DNA of 61,295 bases, from the IMG/VR virus record IMGVR_UViG_3300027719_000006. One strand, 5' to 3'. Positions 52,823 through 61,108 of this stretch are shown piece by piece. Within the stretch, counting starts at the first letter, position 1. Each line of letters opens with the position of its first letter. Under the pieces are notes generated by a model, which did not search any database, was not told where the DNA came from, and saw only the letters and a list, made by a program, of their open reading frames with translations. The position numbers and the translations under genes were made by a program. Source of the stretch: a virus.

Positions 52823-54361
52823 TTAGACACACCTCTCATCACCTAATATTTTTTCTTTTGATTCAAGCATTGGGACCTTTACAAATGTATATTCCCTATC
52901 ATTTTTCAATACAATTTCTCCTGGTTTAGTTGCTCGCATATCAACTATATCCAACACAACTTTAGATGCTGTTCCATCCGCAACAGGTAGACATATTCTG
53001 TTAGGCATATTTGTCTTTAGTGTATTGGGAATAATATCTATGCTTGGATATTGTGTAATAACAAATATTCTAAAACCGCTACTTCTACCTTGTTCCAACA
53101 ATTTTTTTAACATCTTTGCAAATGCTGACTTCTTATCAAAATGTGCAAATTCTTCTACAATGATTAATTGATAACCTAACTTATTAGGCTCATTTTCATT
53201 GTATTTTTCTATGTCTGTATATCCAAGTTTAGCAAATAGGTTGTTTCTTGTGTTCATTTCCTGCAAGCAACTTACTAACTGTGCTTCCATTAGATTGTCT
53301 TCACATGAATATCTTACATTTTTGTATCTCTCATAATATTTTAAACCCACTTTTTTAGGGTCAAACAAATGAAGAAATACATTGTCTTTTCCAGCTGTAA
53401 AAATACTACACAGCATAACATCTATTAAATTACTCTTACCACCTCCAGTAGTACCGGCTATTAGCCAGTGAGTATTTTTGATTAAGTTTATTATTTTTTG
53501 TTCTCCATCTTCTGTATATCCAAGTAAGACACACAAATCATGTTTATCATTTACAGCCTGTTGAATATCCTCAAATCGGTAAATATTGTCCTTCTTTGCA
53601 GTTGATAATTCGACATATCCATCTTTAGATTTCAAAGTAAATACCATACCTAGTTGATGACTGATTTCCTTTAACTGGGATTCCCAGTCTTTCAACATGC
53701 TATTAGATTTTATAATAAACTTTATATTTACAGGATTTTCTTTTTCTTTTATTTCTTCTATGTTAAGTTTTAAGTTTTTACATACTTGATTTATTCTACT
53801 TATTAGTGTATTCTCAACTTTTTTTGTTAATTCTACGTTTTTATTTATGTTAATTGTCGAAATTACATCATTTTTCATATCAATTATTGGTTTATCAATT
53901 TTATTTTCAAAGTTACAATCCTCAAAACAAATTATAACTTTTTGAAAACTTTTATAAAAATCAATTTTAGTTATTTCTTTGTTAAATATAATTTTTAGTT
54001 CTTCTTTTTTAGTAGTCCATTTATTTAATAGATAAGTGTTTTTTAAAATTAAATCATTTCCATGTTTTTTTATCAATTCTGTTTCAATGTTAACCTTTTC
54101 AAATTTTTTCTTTATCTTTTTATTTATATTTTCAAATTTTAAAATATTTATCATAACTTCAGGTACTGGAACAATTAAGAATAAAAATATGAATATTAAT
54201 TTTTCAGTTGCAATTGTAGGAATAGTTGATATCATTATCATTATAAATAAATATATTCTCTTCTTTAACAAGCTACTTTTCTGGAATAATTCTTTTATTC
54301 CAGAAAAGTATTTTTTCATAAATTCAAGCAAATCAAACTCTTTTTTATTATCATTTTTCAT
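52823..54361 (-). CDS. membrane-anchored FtsK/SpoIIIE-family DNA translocase-like ATPase (512 aa)
   Basis: N-terminal TM segments. Walker A LIAGTTGGGKSNL, Walker B QLIIVEEFAHF, and GFRIFVITQYPSIDIIPNTLKTNMPNRICLPV (compare aTQRPs..vi...iKaN.p.Ri). ATG 54361 follows agagga; the tracked alternative is 54421. Confidence 0.8.
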   Translation of the reverse strand: MKNDNKKEFDLLEFMKKYFSGIKELFQKSSLLKKRIYLFIMIMISTIPTIATEKLIFIFLFLIVPVPEVMINILKFENINKKIKKKFEKVNIETELIKKHGNDLILKNTYLLNKWTTKKEELKIIFNKEITKIDFYKSFQKVIICFEDCNFENKIDKPIIDMKNDVISTININKNVELTKKVENTLISRINQVCKNLKLNIEEIKEKENPVNIKFIIKSNSMLKDWESQLKEISHQLGMVFTLKSKDGYVELSTAKKDNIYRFEDIQQAVNDKHDLCVLLGYTEDGEQKIINLIKNTHWLIAGTTGGGKSNLIDVMLCSIFTAGKDNVFLHLFDPKKVGLKYYERYKNVRYSCEDNLMEAQLVSCLQEMNTRNNLFAKLGYTDIEKYNENEPNKLGYQLIIVEEFAHFDKKSAFAKMLKKLLEQGRSSGFRIFVITQYPSIDIIPNTLKTNMPNRICLPVADGTASKVVLDIVDMRATKPGEIVLKNDREYTFVKVPMLESKEKILGDERCV

Positions 54362-54431
54362 TTTATTATCCTCTTTAATTTTTATTTTTTTATCATGTGA
54401 AATTGTAAAGTGTTTTATCATGTGAAATTCT

Positions 54432-55069
54432 ACCTTGCGATACCTTGCGAAATTTTATTTATTACCTTGCGAAATATCAACATTACCTTGCGAATTCGCA
54501 AGGTTCAAAACCTTTATTTTTTTATTCTCAATTATAATTTTACCTTGCGATTTTAATTCATCTTTAAATTTTCTCAACTCATATGATGTTAGATTGAACA
54601 TATTCTCAAGGTCTGAATTTGTTTTCTCAACATAACCTTGCGAATTTCTCAAGGTATTTATCAAGTTGAGAAATTCATTTTCACAAGATGGCTTATTAAA
54701 TTTCGCAGGGTTAGTTGATACAAAATGGGTATACCTTGCGTCGTCTAATGCAGTCATATCAAGTGTCGCAATGTCTTTCACAGGGTTATTTGAAATGTCC
54801 GTATTTTCATCAAAAACTTTTTTGTTACCTTGCGAATTCTCAGGATAACCTTGCGAACCTTGCGATTCTACCTTGCGAATACCTTGCGAATTCTCAATGT
54901 TACCTTGCGATACCTTGCGAATACCTTGCGAAAAAACGAGGTTACCTTGCGAATCATCTTGCGATTTCTCAAGGTCTACCTTGCGAATTTTTTTACTACC
55001 TTGCGAACCTTGCGAAATAATTTTACTACCTTGCGAATTACCTTGCGAAATTTGTAAATTACCTTGCGA
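54432..55069. repeat. array of the 9-mer ACCTTGCGA: 21 perfect direct copies, 1 perfect inverted copy and several 8/9 variants
   Basis: Perfect copies start at 54432, 54442, 54464, 54485, 54542, 54635, 54827, 54848, 54857, 54870, 54881, 54902, 54912, 54923, 54944, 54978, 54998, 55007, 55028, 55040 and 55061. The inverted copy at 54496..54504 forms the 20-bp palindrome ACCTTGCGAATTCGCAAGGT. Confidence 0.95.
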
Positions 55070-55789
55070 AATTTTTATGTTTTCCTGATACAAATTTTCA
55101 ATTCTCATGATAAATTTATAAGAAAAGTTGAAAAATATTTTTGACAAGATTCCTTTATATAAATTTTCACTAGAATTTTTATTCAACATTTTAAAATCTT
55201 GGGCAATTGCTATTGCAAAAATTGATATAAAATCTATTGAAATACATAGTACTAAAGTTGTGATCATGTTTATCATGTTGCCATTATTTTTTCCTGAGAA
55301 AAAAGTGTAATTTCCATATACACTTATTCCAAGCAACATATATTTTAAGAAAATAGCCTTTGAAGCGTGTTGCCTAAAATGTTTTTTTACATTTGTATCC
55401 TGTTTGGATAGCAGAAACACTGTAAACTGAATCATGATTATTGCTGAGACAAAAGAAACAAGCTTAAAAGTATTTCCAATAAATAATTCATATAACCCAG
55501 CTATTGTAAGACAAGTTGAGATTATTGTTGCTAATGTTCCCCAGAAGTCAATTAACTTACCAGCCCTTACAATAGCTTTATCTTGTAGTACAGTTATTTT
55601 CAATTGTCTGATTCTTTCGTTAACCTTCAATTGGTCTTCTTCTGTTTTTATTTTATTTAGTTCAACTTCATTTTTTGTCTTAATTTCTGTGACTTGAAGT
55701 TGAGAATTGCTTTTCATTAGTTGTATTTTTTTTGCGTGAATTCTTTCTATGTCTTCTATGTTTGCATTTTTTCTAAATAATTTAAACAT
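54455..55789 (-). CDS. multi-pass membrane protein (444 aa) whose C-terminal half is encoded across the 9-mer array (SQG / IRKV repeats)
   Basis: RBS aggaggg. Coiled-coil N-terminus, 4 to 5 hydrophobic segments, then a repeat region and a non-repetitive tail (…LTSYELRKFKDELKSQGKIIIENKK…). The reading frame is open but the repeats are stop-free in several frames, so the extent of coding is uncertain. Confidence 0.6.
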   Translation of the reverse strand: MFKLFRKNANIEDIERIHAKKIQLMKSNSQLQVTEIKTKNEVELNKIKTEEDQLKVNERIRQLKITVLQDKAIVRAGKLIDFWGTLATIISTCLTIAGLYELFIGNTFKLVSFVSAIIMIQFTVFLLSKQDTNVKKHFRQHASKAIFLKYMLLGISVYGNYTFFSGKNNGNMINMITTLVLCISIDFISIFAIAIAQDFKMLNKNSSENLYKGILSKIFFNFSYKFIMRIENLYQENIKISQGNLQISQGNSQGSKIISQGSQGSKKIRKVDLEKSQDDSQGNLVFSQGIRKVSQGNIENSQGIRKVESQGSQGYPENSQGNKKVFDENTDISNNPVKDIATLDMTALDDARYTHFVSTNPAKFNKPSCENEFLNLINTLRNSQGYVEKTNSDLENMFNLTSYELRKFKDELKSQGKIIIENKKIKVLNLANSQGNVDISQGNK

Positions 55790-55813
55790 ATTACCCTCCT
55801 AAATAGAAAAAGC

Positions 55814-56041
55814 CTACATTAGGCTGTTTCCAATCGATTTAACAAATTTAATTACTATCATTCCTAAATCTCTAAATTGAAGTGGAAAGAATGCAAATGC
55901 TACAACTATACATCCTATTCCAAGTTTTTGTAATGTCCTTCCTGCTTGTTCCCCTTTTATCATTCCTTGAACCACTCCCCATAAAACTAGCCCAGTTGCT
56001 ATAGTTCCAAAGATTGGAGATAAATTAGTTAATATATCCAT
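55814..56041 (-). CDS. small two-TM membrane protein (75 aa), VirB2/Maff2-like architecture
   Basis: FGTIATGLVLWGVVQGMIKGEQAGRTLQKLGIGCIVVAFAFFP gives two TM segments around a short polar loop. Extended RBS gggggaactaag. Family assignment is tentative. Confidence 0.5.
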   Translation of the reverse strand: MDILTNLSPIFGTIATGLVLWGVVQGMIKGEQAGRTLQKLGIGCIVVAFAFFPLQFRDLGMIVIKFVKSIGNSLM

Positions 56042-56065
56042 CTTAGTTCCCCCTATTTATATTTT

Positions 56066-56206
56066 TTAAAATATTATTTTTTTTAATATTATCGTACTAA
56101 TTAAACTCATGACTAACATATAATAATCAGCCTGTGATACTGCTACTGTCCAGAGCATTATAACGATAAGTATAATTAATAATTTGTAACAAAGTTTTAT
56201 TTTCAT
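56066..56206 (-). CDS. possible 46-aa membrane peptide
   Basis: Hand-translated as MKIKLCYKLLIILIVIMLWTVAVSQADYYMLVMSLISTIILKKIIF. ATGA overlap with the upstream stop. Confidence 0.4.
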   Translation of the reverse strand: MKIKLCYKLLIILIVIMLWTVAVSQADYYMLVMSLISTIILKKIIF

Positions 56207-56619
56207 AAAAACTCATTCCTTTTTATAATTTTTATTCTGCCTTGTTTCTCAGCTTTGTAGATATCGTCTCTGTCCATGTTGTCTATATCTAAGTTTTCTA
56301 TGTCTTCTTGATTTCTTATTGTATATGCACCTAATAACCAGAAATACAATGGAATACTACAAAACATTGTTATGTTTGTAAGCAAGTTGTTAGCCCATAC
56401 AGGATTATTATTATGCAATAAAGTTGAAGTTGTGTCTTTGGTAATAATTGTAATAGTTGTTAATGCTATAAATGGTAAAAATGATATTACCTGTGTCAAT
56501 GATGGTTTTATGAAAAATTCTTTCATTCCAGTTAAAAGTAAACCCATTGTTTTAAACAAAACGGATTCCTTCTTAATTGGACATCTTATAATTTCTTTTT
56601 TCTCAATAATGTTATTCAT
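56203..56619 (-). CDS. membrane protein (138 aa)
   Basis: ORF track with hydrophobic segments. RBS aaggggaattaataag. Confidence 0.6.
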   Translation of the reverse strand: MNNIIEKKEIIRCPIKKESVLFKTMGLLLTGMKEFFIKPSLTQVISFLPFIALTTITIITKDTTSTLLHNNNPVWANNLLTNITMFCSIPLYFWLLGAYTIRNQEDIENLDIDNMDRDDIYKAEKQGRIKIIKRNEFL

Positions 56620-56647
56620 CTTATTAATTCCCCTTAAATTTTATTTT

Positions 56648-56893
56648 TTATTCAGTTAAACAATTTCTTAGTAAATCACTTATAAAAATGTCTAAATTAT
56701 AAGTTGACCTATACCAGTTAATCATTGTTAGTTGTTCATCTCTAAACATTTCTATTTTATAAATGACTTTGTTAACTGTTTCTTCCTTGTCGGATTCAAC
56801 CACGAATAGTGAGATAAATTCACTTCCAATGCTGTCGAAAAATCCATTTACTATTTTGAAATCTTTTTGCTTTAGCAATATTCTAAAATACAT
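56648..56893 (-). CDS. hypothetical protein (81 aa)
   Basis: ORF track. RBS ggag lies 8 nt upstream. Confidence 0.55.
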   Translation of the reverse strand: MYFRILLKQKDFKIVNGFFDSIGSEFISLFVVESDKEETVNKVIYKIEMFRDEQLTMINWYRSTYNLDIFISDLLRNCLTE

Positions 56894-57013
56894 GCTTTCA
56901 GCTCCTTTACATTTTTGAAACTGTGTCTTATACTAAGGTTGTATACTTTGTAATGTACCAATAAATATACTTTCAAAAATTTGCTACAGCGGTGACTAGC
57001 CGCTTTTTTTTGT

Positions 57014-57187
57014 TTATTTTTCTTTTGTTTTTTTATTCTTTTGTTTTTCTTTGTGCAACAAAAACATTTTTATTGCTGCAACTATGATAGAGTTCATACT
57101 TGGTATTTCTCTATCACTTTTTTTAATATTTTCTAATTCAGTCTTCATGTCTTCTGAAACGTAGACACTTATTTTTTTTCTGCCCAC
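57014..57187 (-). CDS. ribbon-helix-helix (CopG/Arc-like) protein (57 aa), GTG start
   Basis: Hand-translated as (M)GRKKISVYVSEDMKTELENIKKSDREIPSMNSIIVAAIKMFLLHKEKQKNKKTKEK. Classic strand-helix-helix layout. Too short for the ORF track. Confidence 0.55.
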   Translation of the reverse strand: MGRKKISVYVSEDMKTELENIKKSDREIPSMNSIIVAAIKMFLLHKEKQKNKKTKEK

Positions 57188-57211
57188 TGTTTTACATGCC
57201 TCCTTTTTACC

Positions 57212-57260
57212 TCTAATTTAACTCTAATTATTCCCCTAATTTGTATCTAATTTAACTCTA
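57212..57260. promoter_or_regulatory. two 15-bp direct repeats TCTAATTTAACTCTA (operator candidates) upstream of the RHH gene
   Basis: Perfect copies at 57212..57226 and 57246..57260, 34 bp start to start. A third partial copy (ctaattt) lies between them. Confidence 0.6.
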
Positions 57261-57361
57261 TCATGTCATCCAAAAAAAGTCAAATAATTTCTCAGAAATA
57301 TGATATAATTATGTTGATTTTATTTGATTACTTATTCTAAATTATTTTTTTATAGTTCTTC

Positions 57362-57402
57362 AAAAAAAAGAGCTGAATCTTTAAGATTCAAACTCTTTTT
57401 TT
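57362..57402. terminator. probable terminator overlapping the RecD-like gene stop
   Basis: Stem tgaatct (57374..57380) / agattca (57384..57390), an outer gag/ctc pair, an A8 run on the left and a T7 run on the right. Confidence 0.5.
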
Positions 57403-59501
57403 AATCTCATTTTTAAGTTGCTATTTCTCTTTTCCTTATGATTCCTTCTACATATCTTATTGATTAGTTCTTGTTGACTTATCATTATCACTGTTTGCTT
57501 TCCTCGTGTCACTGCTGTATATAGTAGTCTGCTATCTAAAAACATGCTATCTTGTGCTATTACAATGACAACATATTTGAATTCTGAACCCTGTAATTTG
57601 TGGACAGTAGCCACATATGCTAATATGAAATTATTACATTCTTCAAAATTCTTAACATATGTAACACTTTTCTGCAGGTCATAATAATATACAGTAAAGT
57701 GTTTATCAGTGATTAATGTAACGATTCCAGCTTCGCCGTTCATTATCATGTTTGTTTTATCATTTTTAATACACATGACTTTATCATCTTTATCAAATGG
57801 AAAAAACCATTTCTGGTTAGATCTAAGTTCCTTTCTTTTGTTGTCCAATGGATTATATTTTTCTTTTATCAAATCATTTATTGCAGTCACACCTATCTCA
57901 CCTTTTTTCATAGGTATAACTAATTGACATTCCTGGTAGAACTTTTCAAGAACTGTGTATCTTTCTTTTAGATTTTCATAAAAATATAAAATGTAACTTA
58001 CAAATTCATCTCTTGTTTTGGCTTCTCTACAATAAAAATCAGCCTTTTTCATAAAATTGAAAGTTTGATTATTTCTGATAGAGTTTGCAACATCTAAGAT
58101 ATTGCCTCCATTAGCTTGTCTAAAAGTGTGTGTTAAATGTACATGTTTTATAATTTCAGACTCGATTAAATCCTTTAATACACTACCAGCACCAACGGAT
58201 GGCAGTTGTCCATCATCACCAACAATTATTAGTTTCTTGAAGTCTACTGGTAATAACTTCATTGTGGATAATAAATCGTACATAAGTTCCAAATCGACCA
58301 TGGATGACTCGTCAATTATCATGCAACCTTTTGAAGTTGTAGCCATGTCTGAATACATGAAACTATGTATTGTTTGAGCATGTTCACAAGTAGCCTGAGC
58401 CATTCGGCGAGCTGCCTTACCTGTTGGTGCAACATTTTTTATGGAATAATCTAATTTTTTAAGACAGTATATGATACATTTTAGGATACTACTTTTGCCT
58501 GTTCCAGCTCCCCCAGTTAAAAGAAATGCCTTGTTGTTTATTGAACACTTGATTGCTTCAATTTGGGTTTCATGAAATTTAATTCTATTCAAGTCCTCAA
58601 ATTCTTTTATGAATGAATCTAGCTCATATGTATCTAAATCAACTTCATCTATTTCTTTTAAACTGATCTCTTTTAACTGGCAAGGTATTTCATTTTCTGC
58701 AATATACATTCTTTTTGTATATATACACTCTCCATCAATAACGAGTCTTTCGTTATTCTCCAAGTCAATAGAATTTCTATCTATATTATATTGACTTACT
58801 AACTCATAGAAATCACTTCTTTCTATGAAAACATTTCCAGTACTTGTATATGTTTTTACAATGTATTCAAGTAAATATTTTTGTCTCATTTTAGAATTAG
58901 CATCGATTCCCATTCCTAAGGCTATTTTATCAGCCTTCCTGAAACTCATCTCATACTCAGCAATCAGGTAATCATATGGATTAGCCTTAAAGTTTTCCAA
59001 GCTTCCATCTTCGCACTCAATTTTTTGAGCAAGTTCTTTGATGACATTTTGCCTTGCATTGCTTCCAATGATAATATTTAACTCTTTTAAAATTTTCATA
59101 GAGTCTAATATTTTTAGACCTTCTATAACCAAAGCTAATTTTTTACTTCCAAGACCTTTGATTTTCTCGTCAGTTGTTTTAATTATGTCAAGAGTTCTAT
59201 CTCCTAACCAATCCAATACTTGATTAGCAGTCTTTTCCTTTATACCAGTTATTGAACATAATAAATTAAACTTAGCATCTCTAGAATTTTCGTCAAACTC
59301 TTCATATTTAGCTTGAAAACTTTTTTGACTATTATAAGTTCCCATAACGCCAACTAATGTTTTAATACCTTTTGATAGTTCAAAACCATTACATTTTATG
59401 CTAATTTCTTCATAATCATTAAGAATTCCTGAATATATATAGAACATTGAATCCTCATTTGCGAAAATTTCTCTTTTAATCTCAACTTTTATTTTATCCA
59501 T
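57381..59501 (-). CDS. RecD-like SF1B DNA helicase (706 aa)
   Basis: Walker A LLTGGAGTGKSS, Walker B CMIIDESSMVD, GDDGQLPSVGAGSV, and C-terminal ATVHKLQGSEFKYVVIV. N-terminal HhH-like segment. RBS aaggaga. Confidence 0.85.
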   Translation of the reverse strand: MDKIKVEIKREIFANEDSMFYIYSGILNDYEEISIKCNGFELSKGIKTLVGVMGTYNSQKSFQAKYEEFDENSRDAKFNLLCSITGIKEKTANQVLDWLGDRTLDIIKTTDEKIKGLGSKKLALVIEGLKILDSMKILKELNIIIGSNARQNVIKELAQKIECEDGSLENFKANPYDYLIAEYEMSFRKADKIALGMGIDANSKMRQKYLLEYIVKTYTSTGNVFIERSDFYELVSQYNIDRNSIDLENNERLVIDGECIYTKRMYIAENEIPCQLKEISLKEIDEVDLDTYELDSFIKEFEDLNRIKFHETQIEAIKCSINNKAFLLTGGAGTGKSSILKCIIYCLKKLDYSIKNVAPTGKAARRMAQATCEHAQTIHSFMYSDMATTSKGCMIIDESSMVDLELMYDLLSTMKLLPVDFKKLIIVGDDGQLPSVGAGSVLKDLIESEIIKHVHLTHTFRQANGGNILDVANSIRNNQTFNFMKKADFYCREAKTRDEFVSYILYFYENLKERYTVLEKFYQECQLVIPMKKGEIGVTAINDLIKEKYNPLDNKRKELRSNQKWFFPFDKDDKVMCIKNDKTNMIMNGEAGIVTLITDKHFTVYYYDLQKSVTYVKNFEECNNFILAYVATVHKLQGSEFKYVVIVIAQDSMFLDSRLLYTAVTRGKQTVIMISQQELINKICRRNHKEKRNSNLKMRLKKEFES

Positions 59502-59534
59502 AATTAATTCTCCTTTTGATTTTATTTGATTATG

Positions 59535-59561
59535 TTCATATTATACCACACTTATTCATAC
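59535..59561 (-). promoter_or_regulatory. 27-bp promoter/operator element, copy A (TTCATATTATACCACACTTATTCATAC), upstream of the RecD-like gene
   Basis: Matches 60987..61013 at 25 of 27 positions. On the minus strand it contains the extended -10 TGgTATAAT, with TTGTAA 17 nt upstream. Confidence 0.6.
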
Positions 59562-59583
59562 TTTACAATACAAAATTAACATT

Positions 59584-59617
59584 AAAACAACTAATACTAT
59601 TTATTATTAGTTGTTTT
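59584..59617. terminator. rho-independent terminator downstream of recT
   Basis: 13-bp perfect stem aaaacaactaata (59584..59596) / tattagttgtttt (59605..59617). Confidence 0.75.
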
Positions 59618-59638
59618 AATGAAATAATGTTTCTAAAT

Positions 59639-60676
59639 TTATTTTTCTTCTTTGGGTTCTGGAATAAATTCCTCAAACATTGATTCTCCATCATTTACAG
59701 GTTCTAACACATCTACTATATTGACTTCTGTTGTTTTATCTTTTGGAACTTCTTTGTCTTCTTTGGCTTCTTCTTTTATGCTTTTCTTTTCTTTTTCTTC
59801 TTTAAGTTTAATTAAGTTTTTCAATGTTTTTTTGAATACGCTTAATTTACTTTTTTCCAACATGTCTAAACTTTCAATGCCCATTTTTGACAAGGTATAA
59901 TTAATTAAGCTGTCAGCATCTATATCGACTATGTTGCTTTTACAGCCTTCAACTATCTCTCTTATTGCAAATATGTCAATATATTCTATCTTGATTTCCT
60001 CAACCTTAACAGGTTCAACATTTACAGTCTTTTTATTTTGTTTTGTCTGTGTAGCAGGTACTGACACAGGTGTTATATCAATAGCTTTTTCCAAGTCGTT
60101 TCCAATCTCATCCGCTGTATATACTCCCTTGAATTCACCTGGAAGTATTCTTCTAATTCCAAATGCAACTGCACATTTTTCAATCATTACTGCGGGCATA
60201 CTAGCCCACTGACTTTGTGGCTTTCCAAATTTATTAAATTTTAAATAATCATCAAGATTTATTGTTTCCATAAAAGACGTTTTCCATCCTTTTATGTGAG
60301 CCTCAAACCACGCTCCAACTAGTTCTTCTGTCTTCTTATTAAAAAAAGTTCCTTTTTTGTATTCCTCTTTTTGTGTTTCTTGATTTATTACAATAATTCC
60401 AGAGTTCCAACCTTCTAGCCTGTCATACTCGTTTAGCCTTTGAGTCATAACATTTATAGAAGTCATCATCTGAACTGTGTCATTAAATTTTACAAGATAC
60501 ATATCTTTTGTAAATGGATTCATGCCTTGATATTTACATGCTTCCATGAAAAATATTATTTCCTTATTGGTTATGTTGTTACCTACTGCAATAAAACTTC
60601 TAACTGTTTCTATATCTAAATTAATTTTTTGACCTGCAACTTCATAACTAACCTCATGTTTTTGTAAATTATACAT
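59639..60676 (-). CDS. recT: RecT/Bet-family single-strand annealing recombinase (about 345 aa)
   Basis: Motifs NPFTKDMYLVKF, and WASMPAVMIEKCAVAFGIRRILPGEF is characteristic of RecT. ATG 60676 lies 7 nt after aaggaga; the tracked ATG 60682 abuts the RBS. Confidence 0.8.
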   Translation of the reverse strand: MYNLQKHEVSYEVAGQKINLDIETVRSFIAVGNNITNKEIIFFMEACKYQGMNPFTKDMYLVKFNDTVQMMTSINVMTQRLNEYDRLEGWNSGIIVINQETQKEEYKKGTFFNKKTEELVGAWFEAHIKGWKTSFMETINLDDYLKFNKFGKPQSQWASMPAVMIEKCAVAFGIRRILPGEFKGVYTADEIGNDLEKAIDITPVSVPATQTKQNKKTVNVEPVKVEEIKIEYIDIFAIREIVEGCKSNIVDIDADSLINYTLSKMGIESLDMLEKSKLSVFKKTLKNLIKLKEEKEKKSIKEEAKEDKEVPKDKTTEVNIVDVLEPVNDGESMFEEFIPEPKEEK

Positions 60677-60787
60677 ATTCATTCTCCTTTTAATTTTTAT
60701 TTTTAATCAAACATTTCAACTATCATAATTATTATTTCCATTACTATTTCAAATGGTTTCAATATTATCCTTCCAACTTTTCTCATA

Positions 60788-60961
60788 TTATTCCTCCTCG
60801 ATATAAGCATCTATAAGTCTTTTTTTAGACTTGTAGAATTCCTTTAAAGCCATTTCTACTATGGATGTCTTCTTCCAATTATAAAAATTAGCCAATATGT
60901 CTAGTATACTTATGCTCTCGGTATTTAGAGTAAAAGTTGCCCTTGTTTTATTTCTTGCCAT
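60788..60961 (-). CDS. ribbon-helix-helix protein (57 aa)
   Basis: Hand-translated as MARNKTRATFTLNTESISILDILANFYNWKKTSIVEMALKEFYKSKKRLIDAYIEEE. RBS aaggag. Too short for the ORF track. Confidence 0.6.
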   Translation of the reverse strand: MARNKTRATFTLNTESISILDILANFYNWKKTSIVEMALKEFYKSKKRLIDAYIEEE

Positions 60962-60986
60962 TTAACTCACTCCTTTTTATATATTA

Positions 60987-61013
60987 TTCATATTATATCA
61001 TACTTATTCATAC
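60987..61013 (-). promoter_or_regulatory. 27-bp promoter/operator element, copy B (TTCATATTATATCATACTTATTCATAC), upstream of the RHH-recT operon
   Basis: Matches 59535..59561 at 25 of 27 positions. The minus strand carries TGaTATAAT. It lies in the divergent region between the RHH gene (60961) and the plus-strand RHH/lysis unit (61109). Confidence 0.6.
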
Positions 61014-61108
61014 AGTGCCACACTTTTTTTTAATAAATTATAATTATTGTAAAAGTTATTTTTATATTTTATACTATATTAATACATATAAATTCAAGAG
61101 GTGATGAC

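Noticed and set aside
54432-55069. The repeat array considered as a CRISPR locus
   Set aside because: The repeat unit is only 9 bp and the spacers are 0 to 13 bp, or irregular up to 183 bp. There is no repeat of CRISPR length, no leader and there are no cas genes.
54715-55088. Three overlapping plus-strand ORFs (54715..55020, 54830..55057, 54873..55088) with LPCE / TLR / YLAN repeats
   Set aside because: They are artefacts of the stop-free 9-mer ACCTTGCGA read in all three plus frames. They have no RBS, overlap one another and run antisense to a better-supported gene.
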